From positions 3,769 through 67,768 of the forward strand of contig JBBDYC010000014.1 in NCBI GenBank assembly GCA_040901985.1: a DNA stretch of 64,000 nucleotides. The letters run 5' to 3'. The number at the start of each line of letters is the position of its first letter. The first letter of the stretch is position 1. Position numbers and translations under genes: made by a program. The notes beneath the pieces are model-generated. The model was not told the DNA's origin. It was given only the letters and a program-made list of their open reading frames with translations, and ran no database searches. The stretch comes from Gemmatimonadaceae bacterium (GTDB taxonomy: Bacteria; Gemmatimonadota; Gemmatimonadetes; Gemmatimonadales; Gemmatimonadaceae). This document shows, piece by piece, positions 17,173 to 26,198 of this stretch.

Positions 17173-18210
17173 TTACGTCTTCACCGCCGTCCAGGTCAGA
17201 TTCACGGTGCTACTACACCCCGAGAGGCTCCAGTTGAACGTCAGGTTGCCGCTGGCGCTCGTGCCTCCAATGAACGTGCCAGTGATGGTCCATCCAAGCG
17301 GTGAACCGCTCACGGTCCGATTGATCGTCCCCGACGCAATGCTGAACGGCGTGTTGAAGGTGGTCGTGGTGTTGCCCGTGACTCCGCACGCCGGAATGCG
17401 GAATCCCAGGTAGATCTGCGTCACCGCGTTGTCGACGACGGTGATCCGGACAGTGCTGTCTTGCGATGAGGTCCCGACCCACGTGCCGCTCAGATCGGGG
17501 GTCACATTCAGCGTGACGGTGACGGTGCGCGGCGTGTTGGTTGCGCCCGGGGCGGCTATGGTGATGGTTCCAGTGTAGGTGCCGGCCGCGAGGCCCGTGG
17601 TGTTTGCGGTGACCGTCACGTTCGACGGTGCGCTGCCGCTCCCGGCCGAGAGCGAAAGCCAGGCCTGATCGTCGCCCGCCGTCCAGTTGAGCGTTCCCCC
17701 GCCGGTGTTCGAAATCGCGAGTTCCTGCGCGGCGGGTGACGCCGCGCCGACCATCCCCGAAAACGTCATCGCTGTCGTCGAAACGCCAATCGTCGATGGA
17801 GGCTCAACGGTCAGGGTGACGTTCACCACCTGCGGCGAGTTGGTCGCGGTAGAGGAGGAGATTGCGACAGCGGCGTTGTACGTGCCCGCCGTCAATCCGG
17901 TGGTATTCGCGCTGACGGTGAGCGAAGTACCGGAGCCGCTCGCCGGCGCTAGGCCGACCCAAGCTTGGTTGGCCGTCGCGACCCACTCGAGCGTCGAGCC
18001 GCCAGTATTGGTAATGGTGACGACCTGCGAAGCCGGGCTGACTCCGTCGGCAACACCGGTGAAGACGAGCGCTGCCACCGAAAGCGAGATCGTCGGCGGA
18101 GGACCCGAGGTGCCGGTGGGTTGATCACACGCGACCGCAAACGCGAGCGGCAGGATCCGACCGGCGCCGAGCAGGGCGCGGATCCTCCGCCAAGTGACCG
18201 GGCGGGTCAT
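17173..18210 (-). CDS. Lipoprotein with two BACON/Ig-like domains
   Basis: Lipobox 'AVA-C'; two repeats of 'NTGG.TL.W....QAW......SG...G(L/T).AGTY'; TGATG overlap with the upstream gene. Confidence 0.85.
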   Translation of the reverse strand: MTRPVTWRRIRALLGAGRILPLAFAVACDQPTGTSGPPPTISLSVAALVFTGVADGVSPASQVVTITNTGGSTLEWVATANQAWVGLAPASGSGTSLTVSANTTGLTAGTYNAAVAISSSTATNSPQVVNVTLTVEPPSTIGVSTTAMTFSGMVGAASPAAQELAISNTGGGTLNWTAGDDQAWLSLSAGSGSAPSNVTVTANTTGLAAGTYTGTITIAAPGATNTPRTVTVTLNVTPDLSGTWVGTSSQDSTVRITVVDNAVTQIYLGFRIPACGVTGNTTTTFNTPFSIASGTINRTVSGSPLGWTITGTFIGGTSASGNLTFNWSLSGCSSTVNLTWTAVKT

Positions 18211-18770
18211 CACCAGGACCTCCCGAGCGACAGGTTGAGCATCCAGACGAGATAGCGCTCGCTGCCGGCACTTCCCGAGCCGTCCTTCCACGTGTCGTCC
18301 GAGCCGAAGGTGCCGAGCAACCCGCCGAGGACAATCGAGAATCCATTTGGCTTGATCCACCGGTGGCCGAACGTTCCGCCGTACCCCACGATCTGCGAGT
18401 AGAACGTCTGGTTATCGGTCCTCCCGACCTCCACGTGGGGGCCGACGTACCATCGCCGGAGCCGGCTGGCCCCAGGGTAGTAGCGCCACGTGCCGTAGAC
18501 GGTCCAGCCCGACTCGATTCCGTCGTTGATCAGGTGGGAGACCAGGCCAAACGCCGGCAGTCGTACGCCTCCGCCGAGGGAGGCCGCGTCGCTGATCGCG
18601 CGCTCGTACTCAATGTTCGGTCCGAGCTGCAGCGGGCCCAGGATGTTCGTGGACAGTGCGGACGAAACCGGCGTATGCCCGGCCGACTGCGCAGCGATCT
18701 TGGCAAACGGACATCCGAGACAAACAGCGATGGCTAAAGCGGTCGCGAGCGGTCGGGACGATCGTGACAA
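18210..18770 (-). CDS. Small outer-membrane beta-barrel protein (DUF3575-like)
   Basis: GGAG then TTG start; signal peptide; 'STN......PNIEYER', 'WRYYP....WYVGP'; C-terminal W. Confidence 0.7.
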   Translation of the reverse strand: MSRSSRPLATALAIAVCLGCPFAKIAAQSAGHTPVSSALSTNILGPLQLGPNIEYERAISDAASLGGGVRLPAFGLVSHLINDGIESGWTVYGTWRYYPGASRLRRWYVGPHVEVGRTDNQTFYSQIVGYGGTFGHRWIKPNGFSIVLGGLLGTFGSDDTWKDGSGSAGSERYLVWMLNLSLGRSW

Positions 18771-18798
18771 GGCGCTCTCCGGATGAGGGGTCCCTCCC

Positions 18799-21700
18799 TC
18801 ATCGCGGAACCGCCGCAATTGTGACCGGGGCAGCCCCGTTCGCGAACAGGACATAGGGTGCCCAGTCGATAGCAGAGACCCCGGCGGCCCGGAGCGCCAG
18901 TTTGGCGCCGCGAACGGCTGCGGCGGGCGATTCGCCCGCCACGAGGCGCGGGTAGAACTCGGCCGCAAAGTCGGCGGAATGCTCGCCGACCGACCAAAGC
19001 GTGGCGACCGTCGCGGCCGCGCCGGCGGCGAGGAAGCTCCGGCTCAGGCTGAGCACCCCCTCGCCCTCCAGCGTGCGTCCGGCCGCCGTCTCGCACGCGC
19101 TGAGAACGACGAGGGCGCCGGCGGAGTTCAACCGCGCGATCTCGGTCGGCGCAAGGTCTCCGTCGTGGCCCGCGTCGGCTGCGAGGAGCACGCGCGCGTG
19201 TTCAGGCCGCGCGGCACTCGCCTCGGCGTGTGTGGCAAAGTGAAGGACCGAAGCGCTCGGGGCGACGGCTCGCAGCGCAGCAACGGTCGCTCGAGCGCCC
19301 TCGAACACGTGCAGCCGTCCTTCGGGAACCGCCCGCCGCATTATCGCCAACTCGCGCGCTGCGCCGGGGGCATCTCGTGCTGTTCCCGGAGCGAGGGTGA
19401 GGATCACCCCAGGTCGCAGTTGCGGGCGCGTTGCTCCGAGCGGCGTCATGGCTTGGGTGATTTCGAATCGGTCCAGAAGCGCGAGCGTCGCCTCGGTCCT
19501 CGGCGCGGCGCGCGTCGGATCGCTGAACGGAAGCGCGTCGAAAGGGACGAGGAAGAGCGCACCGTCCGGCACGATCATAACCCGCTCGATTCCCGTGAGC
19601 AGCGGGATGACCGGCGTGATGATTGCCTCCGAGAGCGCGCGCGCGGCCTCCACGTCGAATCGCGTCCGAGAGCGGTCAAGCATGGTACCGACCCGCGCGC
19701 GCATCCCGCGTGCAAGGCGCCCGATCGCGGCCCGGATCGAGTCCGCGGGCGTATCGAGTCGCGTAACAGACGCTCCCTGAGGTCCGATGACCAACACCGC
19801 CGCCACTGTGTCGAGCAGGACGAAGTCGAGGATCGCCTCTTCCGCCGAGGGACGCGGCAGGTGCACCCCGGTGGGTCTTCCCAGCTTCGAGTCGCCGGAC
19901 TCGCTGGAGCGCAGTGCACGCGCCTTTCGCCGTTCGGACCAACGCAGGAAATGCGCCGCAGCGCCTGGCCGGTCACGTTCCGCGATAATTGCCGCAAGTG
20001 CGCCATCGTAGACGCGACGCTGAGCCGACCGGAAGCCCGCGCGATCGGGGTCGAGGGCAATCCCCTCGGCGACAGAATCGGAGAGATCGGCCGCGCGAGC
20101 GAACATATCGAGTGCAGCGTCAATTTCCCCGGCGCTTGCGTGGAGTTCCGCGGCGAGTCGTCGGGCCGAGATGCGGAGCCGCGCGTCGCCGCCGCGCTCG
20201 ATTTCCGCGTGCACGACCGCCGCGCGCCGCCGCGCGCTCGACCCGCTGCGGCCGCTGCCGCCGCGCGCCTGAGCCAACGCGCTGAACAGCTCCGCACGTT
20301 GCGCCGTCCCAATCTCCCCCACGCTCTGCGCAGCCACACGCGCGCTGTCGGCCAGGCGGTGACCCGCACTCGAATGACCGAGCGCGAGCTCGACCTCCGC
20401 CAGATCCAACGTCAGTTGCGCCCACGCGGCTGTTTGCCCCCGCGCCGTCGTCTCCCGCCGCGCCGCGTCGAAGGCGTCGCGCGCCTCACCGAACTGGCGG
20501 GCCTCGAGAAGCACCGTCGGGAGCAACGCCGCCGATTCCGGGCGCCCGATGGTGCCCCGGCGCTGGTCGTGTCTCCGCGCGAGCCGCGTCGCTTCGGCGA
20601 AGTCGCCCTCGGCAAGCGCCAGCCGCGTCAGCCCCTCAAGCACTCTCGCCGTCTCCTCCTCGACGCCAATGCTGCGGAGGTAATACGCGTGCGCGCGGTC
20701 GAGGTCGCCGCGCGACTCGTAGTACTCGGCGGCGTAGTTAAACTGCGTGCCGAGCGAGTCGATATCGGCAAGCATCCGCCCGAAGTGGACCGCCGCCGAG
20801 TCCGATTCGCCCCTCGCCTGCAGGAATCGACCGTAGTCGCGCGCGCTCATCATCCTCACCTGATCGAGCCCCCCCATCGCCGCGTAGTGGACGAAGCGTC
20901 CTCCCGCGTCGCGTGCATCGGCGTGCCGCCCCAGGGCCTCGAAGAGGTGCAGAAGATTGTGTTCGACCTCCTTGGCGATCTTCGGGGAGTCGGCGCGCGC
21001 AACGGCGACGCGTGCGCGGACGAGCGAGGACTCCGCGGCCGCCGTCGCGCCGCGCTTGACTTGCACGCGCCCCAGGCGCATCTGCGCTTCCGCCACGAGC
21101 GCGTCGTCGCCCAGCAGCCCCGCGAGGCCGGCAACGCGCTTCCAGACCGCCTCGGCGCGGCCGAGATTCCCCGTATTCAACTCGTGGAGGCCCACGTCAA
21201 CCAACACCAAAGCCGCGCCGAGACGGTCGCCTTCGTCGGCCGCGGCGCGGCGCGCGGCATTTGCACTGTCAATCATCGCCGCCGAATGGCGTAGTTCGTC
21301 TGGTGTAGCGCCCCGCGCGTGGCGGTCGAACGCGAGTCCGTGGACCCCAATGGCGAGCCAATAGCGCGCCCGGAAGCCGGGCCTCGACCACGCTGGGTCG
21401 GTGCGCGCGCGCGCCTCGGCCTCAACCGCGCGCCCGTGGTCGCCCAGGGCGTGCCAGGCCCCGGCCTCGAGTGCGTAGGAGGCGGCGCGATGCAACGGGT
21501 GATGTCGGAGGTCCTGATGCTCACGTGCCCACCGTTGCTCGGCGCGCCACTGCTCGAGCGAGGTCGTGGGCGCCACGCAGTGCAGCGCGATGCGCGGTGC
21601 GTCCGCCAGCCGTACGCGGAAGCGGATCATCGCGTCATTCACAGGCGGACACCCCGACAGGGTCGAACGGATCACGAGGGAGAACATCAACGCGCAGTCG

Positions 21701-22098
21701 TTGGCGGCCGACGTTGCGTCGCCCACAGACACCGGCTCCGGCGCATATCCGCGCGCGGTTCGCGCGATCTGACCGAGACAATGGCGAAGCTTCGGTGAAG
21801 TGGCGCGCGCGGCGATCGAGTCGAATTGCGCGAGCGCGCGACTTGAGATATCCGTCCGCAACGCTGCGTAGTACTCGAAGAGAGGAGGCAGCCAGGTCGG
21901 ATCGCTGCGAAGGGCGGCCTCGTATTCGTCCCGTGCGACCGCCAACTGCAGATCGAGTTCGGCCTCGAGCGCGCGCACAAAGTGCGCCCGGGCTTCGGGG
22001 CTCCCGGCTGAGGCGTCACGGCGAAGCAACTGGGCCGTGACCGCGCCCAACACGAACACCACTGCCGCACCTGCGGCGATAACCCCGCTCCTCGTCAC
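18799..22098 (-). CDS. Membrane-anchored TPR + CHAT-domain (caspase-like) protease
   Basis: 'IVPDGALFLVPFDAL', 'VLHFATHA', 'LVVLSACET', 'SFLAAGA..TVATLWSV', 'WAPYVL'; N-terminal hydrophobic helix; GTGA overlap with the anti-sigma gene. Confidence 0.92.
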   Translation of the reverse strand: MTRSGVIAAGAAVVFVLGAVTAQLLRRDASAGSPEARAHFVRALEAELDLQLAVARDEYEAALRSDPTWLPPLFEYYAALRTDISSRALAQFDSIAARATSPKLRHCLGQIARTARGYAPEPVSVGDATSAANDCALMFSLVIRSTLSGCPPVNDAMIRFRVRLADAPRIALHCVAPTTSLEQWRAEQRWAREHQDLRHHPLHRAASYALEAGAWHALGDHGRAVEAEARARTDPAWSRPGFRARYWLAIGVHGLAFDRHARGATPDELRHSAAMIDSANAARRAAADEGDRLGAALVLVDVGLHELNTGNLGRAEAVWKRVAGLAGLLGDDALVAEAQMRLGRVQVKRGATAAAESSLVRARVAVARADSPKIAKEVEHNLLHLFEALGRHADARDAGGRFVHYAAMGGLDQVRMMSARDYGRFLQARGESDSAAVHFGRMLADIDSLGTQFNYAAEYYESRGDLDRAHAYYLRSIGVEEETARVLEGLTRLALAEGDFAEATRLARRHDQRRGTIGRPESAALLPTVLLEARQFGEARDAFDAARRETTARGQTAAWAQLTLDLAEVELALGHSSAGHRLADSARVAAQSVGEIGTAQRAELFSALAQARGGSGRSGSSARRRAAVVHAEIERGGDARLRISARRLAAELHASAGEIDAALDMFARAADLSDSVAEGIALDPDRAGFRSAQRRVYDGALAAIIAERDRPGAAAHFLRWSERRKARALRSSESGDSKLGRPTGVHLPRPSAEEAILDFVLLDTVAAVLVIGPQGASVTRLDTPADSIRAAIGRLARGMRARVGTMLDRSRTRFDVEAARALSEAIITPVIPLLTGIERVMIVPDGALFLVPFDALPFSDPTRAAPRTEATLALLDRFEITQAMTPLGATRPQLRPGVILTLAPGTARDAPGAARELAIMRRAVPEGRLHVFEGARATVAALRAVAPSASVLHFATHAEASAARPEHARVLLAADAGHDGDLAPTEIARLNSAGALVVLSACETAAGRTLEGEGVLSLSRSFLAAGAAATVATLWSVGEHSADFAAEFYPRLVAGESPAAAVRGAKLALRAAGVSAIDWAPYVLFANGAAPVTIAAVPR

Positions 22099-22844
22099 CG
22101 CGCCCCCCGAATGCTGTCCGCCAGCGCACGAAGAGGGACGAACGCCGCGCTCGATCCGCGCCGAGGTGGCTCGAGAACCGCCAACGCCGAGTCCGCGCGC
22201 CCGAGTCGGAGCCACGCCTTCGCTCCGAGCCGCCGCGCGTCCACCTCGAACGGGCCGCCGATTTCCGACCACGCGATCTCCAAGGCAGGCAGGGCCCGAG
22301 CGGGGTCGCCGGTCAGCAGCCGAGAGGCTCCGAGGAAGAAGCTCACTCCGGGCGTCGAGTCTTCGACGGCGGCCTCCGTCAACCTGGCCGCCGCGCGAGC
22401 GTAGTCCCCGCGCAGGTATGCCTCCATCCCGCGGTCAATCAGCGCGGCGGTCGCAGACGCCGGGCGGCCACCGCGCACCGGCTGCGGGTCGAACAACGGC
22501 GCCGTCACCACGTGCAGGGGATCATAGGACGGCCGGAGCGTCCACGGGAGCGACCGCGGGTAGAGCATCAGGGCGACGCTCGCGGCCACAAGCGTTACGG
22601 CGCCAACGACAAGTCCACGTCGCAAGCGCCGAGGTCCTGGCGCCCGTCCAGCAATAAGCGCCCGCTCGAGCGAGGGGCGCGTCGGAATGGTCCGGAGCGC
22701 GGCGCGCACCCCGGCGCCGAGCCGCACCCGCGCGCGGCACTCGGCGCAACCGAGCAGATGGATCTCGAACGAGTCGAGTTGATCGGAAGTCAGGGAACCC
22801 GCCACATAGGCGGGGGCCTCATCATCAGCGCGCAGGCAGTTCAC
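22095..22844 (-). CDS. zf-HC2 anti-sigma factor with TM helix and C-terminal TPR
   Basis: 'FEIHLLGCAEC' (HxxxCxxC); TM 'GLVVGAVTLVAASVALMLY'; GTGA overlap with the sigma gene. Confidence 0.88.
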   Translation of the reverse strand: MNCLRADDEAPAYVAGSLTSDQLDSFEIHLLGCAECRARVRLGAGVRAALRTIPTRPSLERALIAGRAPGPRRLRRGLVVGAVTLVAASVALMLYPRSLPWTLRPSYDPLHVVTAPLFDPQPVRGGRPASATAALIDRGMEAYLRGDYARAAARLTEAAVEDSTPGVSFFLGASRLLTGDPARALPALEIAWSEIGGPFEVDARRLGAKAWLRLGRADSALAVLEPPRRGSSAAFVPLRALADSIRGAR

Positions 22845-23389
22845 GAGGCTTTCATCGCGTTACGTGCGGGAACGTGACCATCGGGGGCGGCCACGGACAG
22901 GGCTTCGCGAAGGCGGCCAAGCGCGCGCGACTTGCGCTTGCGGAGGCGCGCGGCCGGCTCGCCGAGCGCGCGCGCGATGCTGCCGATCCGTTCGCCATCC
23001 ACGAAGCAGCGGTGGAGGAGTTCGCGATCAGCGGGCTCAAGTGTCCTGAGCGCGTCGGCGAGTTTCGCGCGCTCTTCTTGGCTCACGAGCAATTCGAGCG
23101 CATTTGCCCCAGGTTCTGGCGCGTCCACACCGAGTGCGACGACGCGCTGCCGGGCGCGGAGCACGTCCACAATGACGTGCCTGACAATTCCGTGCGCCAC
23201 TGGAGCGATCTCGTGATCCGGCAACGGAGGGCCACGACGCAGGCGATCGAGGAGCCGCGCCACGCACTCCTGCGCCGCGTCGCGCGCGTCCTCGAGCTCC
23301 CCGAGTCGCCGCAGCGCGATGAGCTCCAACCCTTCGCGGAGCTCCGCAAGTCTACTGTCTGGGAACGTCTCTGGCAGCAGGCGCGGCAA
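22841..23389 (-). CDS. ECF RNA polymerase sigma factor
   Basis: Region 2 'EDARDAAQE'; region 4 'L...DRELL....DG..I..IA..LG......R.RKSRAL.RLR'; GAGGAG RBS. Confidence 0.88.
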   Translation of the reverse strand: MPRLLPETFPDSRLAELREGLELIALRRLGELEDARDAAQECVARLLDRLRRGPPLPDHEIAPVAHGIVRHVIVDVLRARQRVVALGVDAPEPGANALELLVSQEERAKLADALRTLEPADRELLHRCFVDGERIGSIARALGEPAARLRKRKSRALGRLREALSVAAPDGHVPARNAMKAS

Positions 23390-23415
23390 CCCAAGCTCCT
23401 CGACCGGATGCCCAT

Positions 23416-23450
23416 AGCTTAACGCTCCCGAGCGTGCCCCGCGCTCGGGA
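23416..23450. promoter_or_regulatory. -10-like TAAGCT (minus strand) for the sigma gene, plus a 9-bp inverted repeat
   Basis: agctta at 23416-23421; tcccgagcg (23426-23434) / cgctcggga (23442-23450). Confidence 0.5.
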
Positions 23451-23480
23451 CAGGAAATTCAATCGGGGTCGGTCGAGTAT
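23446..23480. repeat. 35-bp non-coding motif, copy 2 (candidate ECF promoter/operator)
   Basis: 34/35 identical to 115-149; lies between the divergent sigma and lipoprotein genes. Confidence 0.9.
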
Positions 23481-23608
23481 ACGGTGTGATGCCCCGCCGC
23501 GCGAGCACCGGCGGGCGGGCGACGGGGCGACGGCGGAGGGGCCGTTCGGGCGGGTGCCACAGAGCGAGTGAAACTGGCGTTCCTGCCGCACCCAGGGCAC
23601 GTTTCGCC

Positions 23609-24391
23609 ATGGGACTCCGTTCGTTCTTCCCGCTCGCGGCGAGCCTGCTCGTCGCATCTTGCGGACCAGCCGGGACCGGACCCGGCGGGTCCGGCCCGTC
23701 AGTTCCAACTCTCGCGAGCGTCACGCCCGCGTCGGGGAACACCGGCGCAACGGTCAACGTGACAGTGGGGGGCACCGGGTTCGACGCCGGCGCCATCGTC
23801 ACGATCAGCGGCAGCCACGTCGCGGTCTCCGCGGTCACCGTGCCCTCTGCCACCCAGGCCACCGCCACGTTCACCATTGATGCGGTGGCGGCCACCGGCG
23901 CCCGCAACGTGTCGGTCACCACCGCCGAGGGGACCAGCAATACGGCGACCTTCACCATCAACGCCGCGGCGTTCGCCGTGGACATTGATCTGAACCGCGG
24001 CACCGTCCGATTCCCCAACTCCTACCAGAACTGGCAGATCGGCGGGGGCTCAGCCACCAACTTCGTCGCCTACCCGCAGGGTTGGACCGTGGGCGGGGGC
24101 TCGGCCAGCAACTTCGTGCCGGTGCCGCCGGGTTGGTCCGTGGGAGGAGGCTCGGCGACCAACTTCGTCGCGTACCCCGGCAACGGGGTCACGACCCTCG
24201 AACTCAAGTTCGACGACCCGGGGTGGCTCGCGTTCTTCCAGGCACTCCAGGCGGGTGGCTCGATGACCGAACTTCAGCTCGCCGATGTCGTCACGTACGT
24301 GTATTTCACGTACCGGCCCGAGCACATCAATGGCAGCGGCAACACCGCGACGACCCACTCGCAGGGAGACGCGGCGACCGGCGTGTGGTGA
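23609..24391 (+). CDS. Lipoprotein with an IPT/TIG-like domain and three 17-aa tandem repeats
   Basis: Lipobox 'LVAS-C'; 'PTLASVTP.SG..G..V.V.G.GF...VTT.EGTSN'; WxxGGGSAxNFVxxP repeats. Confidence 0.85.
   Translation: MGLRSFFPLAASLLVASCGPAGTGPGGSGPSVPTLASVTPASGNTGATVNVTVGGTGFDAGAIVTISGSHVAVSAVTVPSATQATATFTIDAVAATGARNVSVTTAEGTSNTATFTINAAAFAVDIDLNRGTVRFPNSYQNWQIGGGSATNFVAYPQGWTVGGGSASNFVPVPPGWSVGGGSATNFVAYPGNGVTTLELKFDDPGWLAFFQALQAGGSMTELQLADVVTYVYFTYRPEHINGSGNTATTHSQGDAATGVW
24032..24184 (+). repeat. 3 x 51-bp intragenic tandem repeat
   Basis: WQIGGGSATNFVAYPQG / WTVGGGSASNFVPVPPG / WSVGGGSATNFVAYPGN. Confidence 0.95.
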
Positions 24392-24448
24392 GGTCCTCGA
24401 CCGCCGGAAGCCCCTTGTTCCCGCCGGGGCCGCCAGTGAGTTTGCAGG

Positions 24449-25495
24449 ATGGCGCTCACGGCCAAGGGGCTCGCGGAAGAGCAAGCGTGGCTGATCACGG
24501 TCTCCCTGATCATCCTGGCGGCCGTGGCCACCGCGCTCGCGCTGTCGTGGACCCGCCCGGTGATGGTCCCGCTCGTCCTCGCGACGTTCGTCTACTATCT
24601 GGTCTCGCCAATCGCCGAGCTCCTCGAGAGCCGCCTGCGCTTCCCGCGCTGGGCCTCCACGCTGGTCACGCTCCTCCTGGTCGCCGGCGGACTCGTTCTG
24701 CTGGGATTGCTGGTCACCACCGGCGCCCGCGGCCTCGCGGCGTCGGCCGACATCTATCGCGAGAAGCTGCTGGCCTGGGGGGTGCGTCTCGCACAGTTCC
24801 TCGACGGGCGCGGCATTGACATCAGCCAGGACGCGTTGGTCCAGAGCGTGCAGGACCTGCCGATGCGCGGGATGCTCCAGGCCACCGCCGGCACCGCGCT
24901 CACGCTCGTCACGAACGGCACGCTGGTCTTGATCTTCGTGGTGTTCCTGCTGCTCGGCCGGAACCGCGAGCTCGTCAGGAGCCGGGTCTTCCGGCAGATT
25001 GACCGCGAGATCCGACGGTATCTGGTGGTGAAGTTTGCGCTCTCGGCGGTCACCGGCGCATTGGTGGGCATCATCCTGTCCCTCTTCGGGCTCGAACTCG
25101 CCCTCGTGTTCGGCGTGCTGGCGTTCTTCCTCAACTTCATCCCGAGTGTGGGCTCGATCGTCGCCACCATCCTGCCGTTGCCGCTGGCGCTGGTGCAGTT
25201 CGATACCGCCGGGCCGGTGATCGCAATCTTCGTCCTGACGCTGCTCGTGCAGTTCGCGATCGGCAACGTCATTGACCCCAAGCTGATGGGGAAGCGGCTG
25301 GACCTGAGTCCGGTGACGATCCTCGCGGCGCTTGTGTTCTGGGGCCTCCTCTGGGGCATCGTCGGGATGCTCCTCGCCGCGCCGCTGACGGCGATCCTGC
25401 GGATCGTGCTCTCGGAGTTTCAGACGACGCGTGTGGTGGCAGACCTGCTCGCGGGGCGGCTGCCGCCGGCCGGGCAAACACCGGAGTTCTCGTGA
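24449..25495 (+). CDS. AI-2E family transporter
   Basis: 'AFFLNFIPSVGS', 'GNVIDPKLMGKRLDLSP', 'WG.LWG..GMLLA.PL'. Confidence 0.92.
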   Translation: MALTAKGLAEEQAWLITVSLIILAAVATALALSWTRPVMVPLVLATFVYYLVSPIAELLESRLRFPRWASTLVTLLLVAGGLVLLGLLVTTGARGLAASADIYREKLLAWGVRLAQFLDGRGIDISQDALVQSVQDLPMRGMLQATAGTALTLVTNGTLVLIFVVFLLLGRNRELVRSRVFRQIDREIRRYLVVKFALSAVTGALVGIILSLFGLELALVFGVLAFFLNFIPSVGSIVATILPLPLALVQFDTAGPVIAIFVLTLLVQFAIGNVIDPKLMGKRLDLSPVTILAALVFWGLLWGIVGMLLAAPLTAILRIVLSEFQTTRVVADLLAGRLPPAGQTPEFS

Positions 25496-25706
25496 CGGCT
25501 CCAGCATCATCGTGACGGCGAATCCGGCGCCACACCGGCGAACGTGCTTGTCCGCGTGCGCTGACCGGCGCGCCGACGCATCCGGTTGCGCTCCCCCGAG
25601 CCCGGTGCGACCTTGGCATCGTGCACCAGCGGCGCGAGCGTCGCTCGCGCCTGCGGGCGCGTTCCACGTAGCGGGCGCGGTCCGCGCCGGAGGGAGTGAG
25701 AGGAGC

Positions 25707-26198
25707 ATGACGCCGTCGGAGCCCCACGCTTCCAGTCCGCCGAAAGTCGTCGCTGTCCTGCCGACGAGTGATGCTGCGCGCGGCTGGGCGGACGCGACGC
25801 CCACCGCGGGGTTGCACGTCCATCAGGTTGAGACGGTACACGGCGGCCTTGCGTTCGTCATCCCGCTCGGGATTCCGCCCCGCCGGGTGGGTGCGTCGAG
25901 CACCGCCCCGACGGCGCTCGAGGTGGCCCTCGACGCGGTCTTCGCGATCCGGGCCGTCCTCGAACCCTGTGGCACCTCGACCGAGGACGTCACGGCGCTG
26001 ACGCTTGCTGCGGGGAATGCACAGGATCTCGCAATCGCGGTGGGGTGCCTCCGAATGAGCTTCCGGGCCCCGCGTCCGGTGCTGCAGTCGTGCGTGACCG
26101 CGCTCCCCGCCGGCTGCATCGTCGCAGTCGGCGCCGTCGCGGTCCCGAGGCGCCACGCGGCGGTGCGCCCCGACTATTCCTCCGCGACCCTCCTGTGA
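25707..26198 (+). CDS. Divergent RidA/YjgF-fold-like protein
   Basis: AGGAG RBS; 'I.AVL...G....DV' and 'VTALPAG..V.V.AVA' resemble the RidA C-terminus; GTGA coupling to the next gene. Confidence 0.45.
   Translation: MTPSEPHASSPPKVVAVLPTSDAARGWADATPTAGLHVHQVETVHGGLAFVIPLGIPPRRVGASSTAPTALEVALDAVFAIRAVLEPCGTSTEDVTALTLAAGNAQDLAIAVGCLRMSFRAPRPVLQSCVTALPAGCIVAVGAVAVPRRHAAVRPDYSSATLL

Noticed and set aside
18979..21294. Long antisense ORFs (also 43798-46038, 50945-52906, 54775-56847 and others)
   Set aside because: Typical stop-poor shadow frames opposite real genes in high-GC DNA.
18799..23389. Type III-E CRISPR-associated CHAT/sigma (Csx29/Csx30) locus
   Set aside because: No Cas7-11 or array in the window, and the anti-sigma is a membrane ZAS type. 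The comparison is an analogy only.
24032..24184. Regularly spaced repeats as a CRISPR array
   Set aside because: The units are contiguous, in-frame and vary at synonymous positions. There are no unique spacers and no cas genes.
25631..25651. GC hairpin ggcgcgagcg-t-cgctcgcgcc as a terminator
   Set aside because: No U-tract on either strand, so function cannot be supported.
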